Of a stretch of DNA of 32,000 bases, positions 25,837 to 32,000 are shown in pieces. Position numbers and translations under genes: made by a program. Every line of letters begins with the position of its first letter. Within the stretch, counting starts at the first letter, position 1. The DNA comes from Methanoregula sp. (GTDB taxonomy: Archaea; Halobacteriota; Methanomicrobia; Methanomicrobiales; Methanospirillaceae), in assembly GCF_003170075.1 (NCBI RefSeq), contig NZ_PMZU01000042.1:10655-42654 (forward strand), written 5' to 3'. The notes under the pieces were generated by a model that was given only the letters and a program-made list of their open reading frames with translations, was not told where the DNA came from and ran no database searches.

Positions 25837-26199
25837 ATGCAGAACATTCCCCCAAAAGTCCAGAACCAGTTTGCGATGCTCCAGCAGGTGCAGCAGCAGC
25901 TCCAGACCGTCCTTTCACAGAAAACCCAGTACGAGATGGCGGTACGCGAGGCCAAGCGTGCACAGGAAGAGGTCACCGACGCTGGCGACGAAACCCCCAT
26001 GTACATGAGCATCGGGACGGTCATGGTGCAGAAGAAGAAGGAATATGTCACCACAAAACTCACCGAAAAGGTGGAGACCCTCGAACTCCGGATTAAATCG
26101 TTAGAGAAACAGGAGAAGATGCTTCAGGGCAAGTTCGAGCAGCTCCAGAGCCAGATTAAGGCAGCACTCGAGGGCAAGAGCGCCCCGAATGCCGCATAA
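25837..26199 (+). CDS. pfdB: prefoldin subunit beta
   Basis: MQNIPPKVQNQFAMLQQVQQQLQTV... coiled coils flank a beta hairpin (MYMSIGTVMVQ). The TATA-like ATTTTTATCG at ~25793-25802 lies inside the longer track ORF, which favours ATG 25837. Confidence 0.8.
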   Translation: MQNIPPKVQNQFAMLQQVQQQLQTVLSQKTQYEMAVREAKRAQEEVTDAGDETPMYMSIGTVMVQKKKEYVTTKLTEKVETLELRIKSLEKQEKMLQGKFEQLQSQIKAALEGKSAPNAA

Positions 26200-26343
26200 C
26201 TTTTTTACCGGCGTGTGACCCGTCACAGGGCAGCATTGGTTTTTTCAGTCATCTTCATGTGCAGGATCTTCTGATAAGCGGGTGGCTGCTGATCCTGCCG
26301 TACCTGTCTGAACGCCGTTTTATAAAAAAGGAGACGGGTGGTT

Positions 26344-27861
26344 TTAGTCCCTGTTGGTCAGGTTGATCGCGTTCACGAGCGCATCGACCGAGGCGAGCAC
26401 GATATCGTCGCCGCTCCCGCTTGCATCATAGATATGCCCGTGCTCGTCCTCGACGGCAATCGTCACGTGGCACATCGCGTCCGAACCCCCGCTGATCGCC
26501 TCGATGTTGAACTCGGTAAGCCGGATCCTCACCGGCAGGATCCCGATGATCGCATTGAGCGCCGCATCAACAGGACCATTCCCGACACTTGAGAAGACAT
26601 GCTCGGTGCCGTTGACCTGCGCCCGCACGCTTGCTGTCGGGATCACGTGGTTGCCGGTCATGATCGCGATATCGTCGAGCTGGAGCACCTTTTTCCCGAT
26701 CTCGATGCCCATGATACTCTCGGCGATCTCGTAGAGATCGGCATCGGTCACCCGTTTCCCCTTGTTCGCGATTACTTTCACGCGCTCGACAATTGCATCG
26801 AGCTGTGCATCGTTGGGTTCGATGTGGACATCGACAAGCATCTGGCGCACTGCATGCCTGCCCACGTGTTTGCCGAGCGTGAGCCGGCGCCGGTGCCCGA
26901 CCATCTCCGGGGTCATGATGCCGGGCTCGAACGTCGCGGAGCACTTTAAGACGCCCTGCGTGTGGATGCCGCTCTCGTGCGAGAAGACATTCTCCCCGAC
27001 AACCGGCTGGGTAGGCGGGATGCCAAGCCCGGAGAACCGGGAGACAAGGCGCGAGGTCTCGACGAGACGCTCTTTTGTGATCCCGGTATGGATGCCGTAG
27101 ATCGCCTCCATGATCATCACGGTCTGGGCGAGGTCTGCGTTGCCGGCCCGTTCCCCGAGGCCGTTAACGGTCACCTGCACCTGAGAGGCGCCGGCTTCAA
27201 CCGCTGCGATCGTGTTTGCGACCGCAAGGCCGAAGTCGTTGTGGCAGTGGACATCAAGCGGGCAGTCAACCTCACGGGCGAGCCGGCCCATCAGGGTTTT
27301 CATGCCCGACGGGGAGATGACCCCCACGGTGTCCGGGATGTTGATGATCGTCGCCCCGGCCGCGGCTGCGGTGCGGCAGACCTCGACAAGGTAGTCGGCA
27401 TCCGTCCGCGTCGCATCCATGGGCGAGAACATGCACTTGTCCACATGCCCGCGGATGTACCGGATGATCTCGCTTGTGATCGCGAGCACCTGCTCCCGGC
27501 TCTTGTTGATGGTGTTCTCCCGCTGGATGTCCGATGTCGGGATGAACACGTGGACCATGTCGACATCGCAGTCGATGCATGCATCCACGTCGGCCACAAC
27601 CGACCGGGCGAGTCCGCAGACGTTCGCGGAGAGGCCGAGCTTCTTGATGGCAGACACGGTCTCTTTCTCGGCCGCTGACGACGCAGGGAATCCTGCCTCG
27701 ATCGTATGCACGCCGATGTCAGAAAGCTGACTGGCAATCTCAATTTTTTGTTCAAATGTGAAGGCAATCCCCGGGGTTTGTTCCCCGTCACGGAGTGTCG
27801 TATCAAAAACGGTCACGTCTTCATGCGCACGGCTATCGGTGAAGAAGACGATCCCCCGCAA
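26344..27861 (-). CDS. 2-isopropylmalate synthase / (R)-citramalate synthase family (LeuA/CimA) with C-terminal LeuA-dimer regulatory domain
   Basis: DTTLRDGEQ and HCHNDFGLAVANT motifs, ~500 aa. The start is uncertain: TTG 27861 (track) or GTG 27816 (MTVFDTTLRDGEQ). Confidence 0.85.
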   Translation of the reverse strand: MRGIVFFTDSRAHEDVTVFDTTLRDGEQTPGIAFTFEQKIEIASQLSDIGVHTIEAGFPASSAAEKETVSAIKKLGLSANVCGLARSVVADVDACIDCDVDMVHVFIPTSDIQRENTINKSREQVLAITSEIIRYIRGHVDKCMFSPMDATRTDADYLVEVCRTAAAAGATIINIPDTVGVISPSGMKTLMGRLAREVDCPLDVHCHNDFGLAVANTIAAVEAGASQVQVTVNGLGERAGNADLAQTVMIMEAIYGIHTGITKERLVETSRLVSRFSGLGIPPTQPVVGENVFSHESGIHTQGVLKCSATFEPGIMTPEMVGHRRRLTLGKHVGRHAVRQMLVDVHIEPNDAQLDAIVERVKVIANKGKRVTDADLYEIAESIMGIEIGKKVLQLDDIAIMTGNHVIPTASVRAQVNGTEHVFSSVGNGPVDAALNAIIGILPVRIRLTEFNIEAISGGSDAMCHVTIAVEDEHGHIYDASGSGDDIVLASVDALVNAINLTNRD

Positions 27862-27972
27862 AATCCTTGCGAGCCATACTAACTCATAGGCCCCCGGATT
27901 ATTTAAAGAAACCCTGCATCGCCCCGGTTTTTCCCGTTTTCACCCCATGAAAATGGGCGATCGTACGATATG

Positions 27973-27980
27973 TTTAATAG
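27973..27980 (+). promoter_or_regulatory. TATA-like box TTTAATAG 32-39 nt upstream of tRNA-Tyr
   Basis: Spacing is typical of archaeal tRNA promoters. Confidence 0.4.
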
Positions 27981-28011
27981 GAAACTATCCCTACATTATT
28001 AGGCAGAGTGC

Positions 28012-28118
28012 CCCGCCTTAACTCAGCCTGGTAGAGTGCGCGGCTGTAGTATGGTTTGCCTATAAGAGGCAACTGCGCGGCTACCGCGATGTCCCCGGTC
28101 CGAATCCGGGAGGCGGGA
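28012..28118 (+). tRNA. tRNA-Tyr (anticodon GUA) with 33-nt intron at 37/38 (intron 28050..28082)
   Basis: C1:G72 acceptor (CCCGCCU/AGGCGGG), the archaeal Tyr identity pair. D arm ACUC-AGCCUGGUA-GAGU. Anticodon stem CGCGG/CCGCG. The spliced loop is CUGUAGA. BHB motif: central helix C32U33G34U35 pairs with intron GCGG, flanked by 3-nt bulges AG|U and CU|A. The T-loop reads UCCGAAU, with an unusual C at position 55. Confidence 0.85.
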
Positions 28119-28133
28119 TAACTGTAAATGAGT

Positions 28134-28206
28134 GCCCAGGTAGTGTAGCGGCCTATCATGATTGCCTGTCACGCAATCGACTCGGATTCGAATTCCGACC
28201 TGGGCG
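28134..28206 (+). tRNA. tRNA-Asp (anticodon GUC)
   Basis: GCCCAGG/CCUGGGC acceptor. Anticodon stem AUUGC/GCAAU with loop CUGUCAC. T-arm UCGGA-UUCGAAU-UCCGA. It lies 15 nt after tRNA-Tyr. Confidence 0.9.
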
Positions 28207-28214
28207 TCGCTTTT

Positions 28215-28233
28215 CTCGGGTTAGAATCCCGAC
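28215..28233 (+). repeat. degenerate copy of the tRNA-Asp T-arm (cUCGGG-UUAGAAU-CCCGAc)
   Basis: It matches 16 of 19 nt of tRNA-Asp 28181-28199. Two of the three differences are a compensatory A-U to G-C change in the stem. It lies 8 nt past the tRNA 3' end. Confidence 0.5.
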
Positions 28234-28295
28234 AGATCCACAAAGTCCGTCGGCATCCGCTACCTTTTTGAATATGCCGGGGGCACCCATCCGGC

Positions 28296-28700
28296 ATGCA
28301 ACCAAAAAAACAACCGTCAGCACGCACCCACCACCAGGGACCGTGCCTTTCACATTCTGAAGCCGAATGCGGTAGAGAAACGTCTCGATTTCGCGATCGA
28401 GAAACAGTGGATCACACCGTACGACTGGGCCCTGATCACCAAGTACATCGACGAGCAGAGAGTGGTTGCCAACATCCAGGCCCCCCGGGCCTTCAAAATC
28501 ATGTCCGTCCTCGTGAACTGGCGCCGGTATATCGGTCTGTTCGAACAGAACACGGCAGACGACATCTACCCGGGGATTACCAAAAGGAAATCGACCGTTT
28601 CCGTGGCAAACCCATCAAACAGAACTCGTTAAGGTATTACGTCACGTTCCTGAAGCGGTTCTATCACTGGTTGATGGAAAGGAAAAATCGGAAAAAGACT
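28296..28700 (+). pseudogene. tyrosine recombinase (integrase) N-terminal core-binding fragment, frameshifted and truncated
   Basis: One frame (28357-28578) reads LKPNAVEKRLDFAIEKQWITPYDWALITKYIDEQRVVANIQAPRAFKIMSVLVNWRRYIGLFEQNTADDIYPGI and has no start codon. The frame of ATG 28296 resumes at ~28578 with YQKEIDRFRGKPIKQNSLRYYVTFLKRFYHWLMERKN. The pattern resembles archaeal integrase N-domains. No catalytic domain follows, because the sequence runs into the 3' end of the convergent channel gene. Confidence 0.55.
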
Positions 28701-28715
28701 AATTTTTTTGTTTTT

Positions 28716-29531
28716 TCAAGACCCGGGTTTTTCCGGATCGAGCGGGGGATCGTCCGTTTCCTGTTTCTGATCGCCGCCAATTTGGTGCCCACAGACAGGG
28801 CAGATCACCACTTTTTTTTCCTGCATCTCCTCGATAAACCCGGCAGAGAGGATGGCGGTAGGGAGGGCAAAGATCGCAATCCCGGTGATTACCACTATGC
28901 TCCCGATCACTTTCCCGAGCATAGTAACAGGATAAACATCGCCATACCCGATCGTGGCAAGTGTGACGATTGCCCACCACATCGCCGCCGGGATACTCGC
29001 GAACTTCTCCGGCTGGGCATCATGCTCTGCATAGTACATCAGGCTGCTCGCCAACACGAGAACGATAAAGAGGATCGAGAGCACAAGGATCAGCTTTTCT
29101 TTCGACTTTGCGATCACCACTTCGAAGGTCTTCATCGCTTCGGAGTAGCGGCCGAGCTTCATCACCCGGATGAGCCGGAACAACCGCAGGATACGGAGGA
29201 ACCGGAGGTCGACCGGGATAATGGCCGGGATATAGAACGGCAGAAATGATAAGAGATCGATCAGGGCGTATGGTGATACCATATAACGGAGCCGGCCGGT
29301 AACCGGATGGGAGTAGGCCGGGTCGAGGGTGCAGATCCAGAGCCGGATGAAGTATTCGACCGTAAAAATGGCGATCGAGATGATGTCAACAACTATAAAG
29401 AGAAGGGCATATTGCTGGTAGAGCGGCTCGACCGTCTCCAGGATCACCGCCAGTACGTTGACGATAATCAACACGGTCATGAAGTAATTGAAATGCAGGG
29501 CCGCCCCATCACCTTCGGGGGATTGTCCCAT
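28716..29531 (-). CDS. voltage-gated K+ channel (6-TM Kv type)
   Basis: S4 voltage sensor RFLRILRLFRLIRVMKLGR and selectivity filter TLATIGYGD. Six hydrophobic segments and a short C-terminal tail with CPVC. Confidence 0.9.
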   Translation of the reverse strand: MGQSPEGDGAALHFNYFMTVLIIVNVLAVILETVEPLYQQYALLFIVVDIISIAIFTVEYFIRLWICTLDPAYSHPVTGRLRYMVSPYALIDLLSFLPFYIPAIIPVDLRFLRILRLFRLIRVMKLGRYSEAMKTFEVVIAKSKEKLILVLSILFIVLVLASSLMYYAEHDAQPEKFASIPAAMWWAIVTLATIGYGDVYPVTMLGKVIGSIVVITGIAIFALPTAILSAGFIEEMQEKKVVICPVCGHQIGGDQKQETDDPPLDPEKPGS

Positions 29532-29612
29532 CTTCAGGTAAAGGTATTTTTTCAGGGAAAGGAGCGTGGAAATAGGATCACCTGTTTATGAATACAATAC
29601 GGGATTCCGACA

Positions 29613-29626
29613 GGGAATATTCTGCC
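29613..29626 (+). repeat. 14-bp element GGGAATATTCTGCC, copy 1 (82 nt upstream of the channel start)
   Basis: Identical to 30444-30457, with a palindromic core GAATATTC. Confidence 0.9.
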
Positions 29627-29756
29627 AACAGGGAGGCGGTAGCTGAGGAGGGATGCCGGCTGCTCCCGGGATGATCTGCCCGACTACTTGCGTCGGGCAG
29701 TACTGGTTGTTTCATGCGTGTTTTCTCATCGTGCTGTCAGAACTGTGATGGTGTCG

Positions 29757-30395
29757 TTACTCCACCGGGTCTCCGTGATAACCGTGCGCAGCGAGGATGG
29801 TGATCACTGCGGAAACCCATTCCTTGTCGTCGCCATGGCCCAGATCCTGGATGTGGGCAAGGATGTGGCTGTCATGACCGTGGACAGCCGGGGATCCGGC
29901 CCCCGTGGCGTTTCTCAAAGAAGCGTGAGTGTCATTAAACGGGTGAGGGATGTGCGCGATCTTCTCCTTCCAGATCGCGGCCAGGATCTCGTCGTTGGTC
30001 TTGAGTTCGTTAATGCCGATCACCTTTCCCCGTGTTTCGCCGCTCTGGGGATGGTGGATCAGCATCCGGTAGCACTCGAACTCCCGGCAGATAGCGGGCC
30101 GGTTTGGATAAATCGCGCAGGCAAATCCCTTCCCGGCAGGGTTCTTCCGGCTGAAGATACACCCCTTGCGGGCAGGATCGGCTTCTTTGGGATCAGAGTC
30201 GATGAAATCATCCGCGATTTCATCTGCAAATTCAGGTTGTACGTGGACGGGAAAGATCTCGTTGGTAATGCCGTACCGGCAGTAATAATCCCGTTCCGTG
30301 AGCTGCCTCTCGATTTTTATAAATTCGCCAAAACTTGCACAGCACTTCCCGCACCAGTTGCAATCAAATTTCGCCATACCAATTGTCAATCTCAT
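29757..30395 (-). CDS. YkgJ-family (UPF0153) Cys-cluster protein with C-terminal His-rich extension
   Basis: CNWCGKCC (CxxCxxCC), then C..YPNRPAICREFEC. The start may be ATG 30377 (MAKFDCNWC). Confidence 0.75.
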   Translation of the reverse strand: MRLTIGMAKFDCNWCGKCCASFGEFIKIERQLTERDYYCRYGITNEIFPVHVQPEFADEIADDFIDSDPKEADPARKGCIFSRKNPAGKGFACAIYPNRPAICREFECYRMLIHHPQSGETRGKVIGINELKTNDEILAAIWKEKIAHIPHPFNDTHASLRNATGAGSPAVHGHDSHILAHIQDLGHGDDKEWVSAVITILAAHGYHGDPVE

Positions 30396-30443
30396 ATTGG
30401 GTACTTTATAAAAATTGCGAATTACTCCTAATTATACCCAAAT

Positions 30444-30457
30444 GGGAATATTCTGCC
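30444..30457 (+). repeat. 14-bp element GGGAATATTCTGCC, copy 2 (49 nt upstream of the YkgJ-like start)
   Basis: Identical to 29613-29626. Confidence 0.9.
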
Positions 30458-30609
30458 GTTTTCCGCTATTTGTTATTCAGATCTAAAATTACTTAAGATC
30501 TCTTACTTATTATTTATTAAAATAATAACGTTTATAATTATGTAAATAAATTTAGCATAGTATGAAGTACCTGACTTGATAGGGGTTGCTTTGTATTTTG
30601 GCGAAACAG

Positions 30610-32000
30610 GTGCAGGTACATCGCAGGGTTTTGTGCGCGTCTCTTTCTTTTTTAATTCTGATGCTGATAATGATCATTCCGGTTTCAGCAGCTCCGACCG
30701 TAACCGGCATCACGCCGGCAAGTGGAGTCAACACAACAACGGTTTCAATTACGAACCTGACTGGTACGAACTTCGTGTCCGGTGCCAGCGTCATGCTCAC
30801 CCCAAATTCAAACCCCGTCCATAAGGGAAGCATCGTAAACGGTGCCGGCGGCGCTATCCTATCTCAACCGTGGAGCGTGTACGTGTCAGGTAATTATGCG
30901 TATATCGCAGATGCTGGTAGCAACGCGCTGGAGATCGTGGATGTCTCGAACCCGGCAAACCCGATCCATAAGGGTAGCATTAGTAACGGAGCTGGCGGCG
31001 CTCTTATTCAAGAGCCATTTAGCGTCTACGTATCCGGTAATTACGCATATTTAACTTCGATTAGCAATGCGCTGGAGATCGTGGATGTCTCGAACCCGGC
31101 AAACCCGGTCCATAAAGGAAGTATCGTTAACGGAACCGGTGGCGCTCTCCTGAATGGACCGGAAAGCGTCTACGTATCCGGCAATTACGCATATGTAGCA
31201 AGTTCGCAGAGTAACGCGCTGGAGATCGTGGATGTGTCGAACCCGGCAAACCCGGTCCATAAAGGAAGTATCGTTAACGGAACCGGTGGCGCTCTCCTGA
31301 ATGGACCAATTAGCGTCTACATGTCCGGTAATTACGCGTATGTCGCAAGTTTCGATAGCAACGCGCTGGAGATCGTGGATGTCTCGAACCCGGCAAACCC
31401 GGTCCATAAGGGTAGTATTAGTAACGGTGCCGGCGGCGCTCTCCTGAATGGACCAATTAGCGTCTACATGTCCGGGAATTACGCGTATATCGGAAGTGCC
31501 TATAGCAACGCGCTGGAGATCGTGGATGTCTCGAACCCGGCAAGCCCGGTACATAAGGGTAGTATTCGTAACGGAGTTGGCGGCGCTCTCCTGAATAACC
31601 CTAATAGCATCTACGTGTCCGGGAATTACGCGTATGTTGCAAGTTTCAATAGCAACACGCTGGAGATCGTGGATGTCTCGAACCCGGCAGGCCCGGTCCA
31701 TAAGGGTAGCATTAGTCACGGAGCTGGCGGCGCTCTTCTGCATTCTCCAACGGGCGTTTACGTATCCAGCAATTACGCGTATGTCGTAAGTCGGGACAGT
31801 AACTCCCTTGAGATCGTGGATATTGGAACGGTTACCGGAACCAGTGTTACGTGGCAATCATCGACGCAGATGACCTGTACGTTTGATTTGACGAATAAGA
31901 CAGCCGGGCTGTATAATGTGGTGGTTACCAATCCGGACGGGTCGTTCGGCACGCTCGCCAACGGATTCACGGTCATATCACCCCCGATCGTAGCCAGCAT
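30610..32000 (+). CDS. secreted surface protein with seven LVIVD-type (here LEIVD) beta-propeller repeats flanked by Ig-like (IPT/TIG-like) sequence; 3' end beyond window
   Basis: Own translation; the ORF is not in the track because it has no stop in the window. (V/M)QVHRRVLCASLSFLILMLIMIIPVSA|APTVTGITPASGVNTTTVSITNLTGTNFVSGASVMLTPNS. Seven repeats follow, of the form NPxNPVHKGSI.NG.GGALL..P.SVYVSGNYAYV.S..SNALEIVDVS. The sequence then reads TVTGTSVTWQSSTQMTCTFDLTNKTAGLYNVVVTNPDGSFGTLANGFTVISPP. The frame opens after TAG at 30580; start candidates are TTG 30598, GTG 30610 and ATG 30661. Confidence 0.85.
   Translation, partial: MQVHRRVLCASLSFLILMLIMIIPVSAAPTVTGITPASGVNTTTVSITNLTGTNFVSGASVMLTPNSNPVHKGSIVNGAGGAILSQPWSVYVSGNYAYIADAGSNALEIVDVSNPANPIHKGSISNGAGGALIQEPFSVYVSGNYAYLTSISNALEIVDVSNPANPVHKGSIVNGTGGALLNGPESVYVSGNYAYVASSQSNALEIVDVSNPANPVHKGSIVNGTGGALLNGPISVYMSGNYAYVASFDSNALEIVDVSNPANPVHKGSISNGAGGALLNGPISVYMSGNYAYIGSAYSNALEIVDVSNPASPVHKGSIRNGVGGALLNNPNSIYVSGNYAYVASFNSNTLEIVDVSNPAGPVHKGSISHGAGGALLHSPTGVYVSSNYAYVVSRDSNSLEIVDIGTVTGTSVTWQSSTQMTCTFDLTNKTAGLYNVVVTNPDGSFGTLANGFTVISPPIVAS
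30802..31830 (+). repeat. seven tandem in-frame repeats of 144/147 bp (one per propeller blade)
   Basis: The phase marker tcgaacccggca recurs at 30946, 31090, 31237, 31384, 31531 and 31678. Spacing is 144 bp once, then 147 bp four times. Confidence 0.9.

Noticed and set aside
26261-26298. Inverted repeat GCAGGATC-N22-GATCCTGC between the convergent pfdB and leuA/cimA genes
   Set aside because: It is probably just a terminator-region hairpin. T tracts flank it on both strands, and nothing suggests more.
27974-28353. Two small minus-strand ORFs (61 and 65 aa)
   Set aside because: They overlap tRNA-Tyr, tRNA-Asp and the tRNA trailer and have no coding features.
28701-29249. Distal two-thirds of the 317-aa plus-strand ORF 28296..29249
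   Set aside because: Only the first ~400 nt carries integrase-like sequence. The rest is the antisense shadow of the Kv channel gene, which has clear S4 and TIGYGD motifs.
29688-30431. 247-aa plus-strand ORF
   Set aside because: It is antisense to the YkgJ-like gene, which has the CxxCxxCC motif. No motifs of its own.
30802-31830. Possible CRISPR array suggested by regular tandem repeats
   Set aside because: The repeats are 144-147 bp and contiguous, with no unique spacers. They are in frame and encode propeller blades.
31051-31857. 268-aa minus-strand ORF with a striking internal repeat (CRVRDIHDLQRVAIETCDIRVI...)
   Set aside because: Its periodicity only mirrors the 147-bp plus-strand LVIVD repeats. 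The plus frame has a signal peptide, a known repeat family and continuity to the window edge.

Overview
GC-rich archaeal chromosomal segment. Gene content points to a methanogen, probably Methanomicrobiales-type (inference): DGGGP synthase, HdrA-like flavoprotein, L15e, L37Ae, RpoP, Pcc1, prefoldin beta, proteasome alpha, RNase P proteins, and an intron-bearing tRNA with a bulge-helix-bulge motif. I call about 45 protein genes, 4 tRNAs (Glu-CUC, Arg-CCU, intron-containing Tyr-GUA, Asp-GUC) and one pseudogene. There is no rRNA and no CRISPR array. Three genes are missing from the ORF track: two run off the window edges (ABC-2 permease at the left, LVIVD surface protein at the right) and rpoP is under 60 aa. 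Positions 7.1-27.9 kb are mostly housekeeping: DRG GTPase, Trm1, lipid synthesis, pyrBI, a RecJ-like/PUA/NAC/TrmI operon, Nnr-MoaC, the archaeal RNase P/proteasome/SBDS/L37Ae/RpoP/Pcc1/prefoldin 'superoperon', and LeuA/CimA. Two regions look accessory. (1) 2.7-6.9 kb holds small uncharacterised proteins, a wHTH regulator, long low-GC non-coding stretches, and an AT-rich islet with an orphan RHH gene next to the 3' end of tRNA-Glu. (2) 28.2-32.0 kb lies downstream of tRNA-Asp. It holds a degenerate copy of the tRNA T-arm, a frameshifted and truncated integrase N-terminal remnant, a Kv-type channel, a YkgJ-type Cys-cluster protein and a very AT-rich spacer. A perfect 14-bp repeat sits upstream of both the channel and YkgJ genes. 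The region ends in a secreted protein whose seven near-identical 147-bp repeats encode an LVIVD-type propeller, apparently nested inside one Ig-like domain. The most notable candidates are that propeller gene, the decayed tRNA-Asp integration module, and a tightly coupled operon (gamma-CA-like / HdrA-like / MtnA-like / DUF116). I recognised no established defence or toxin system. All functional calls come from motif recognition by eye and need HMM or BLAST confirmation.
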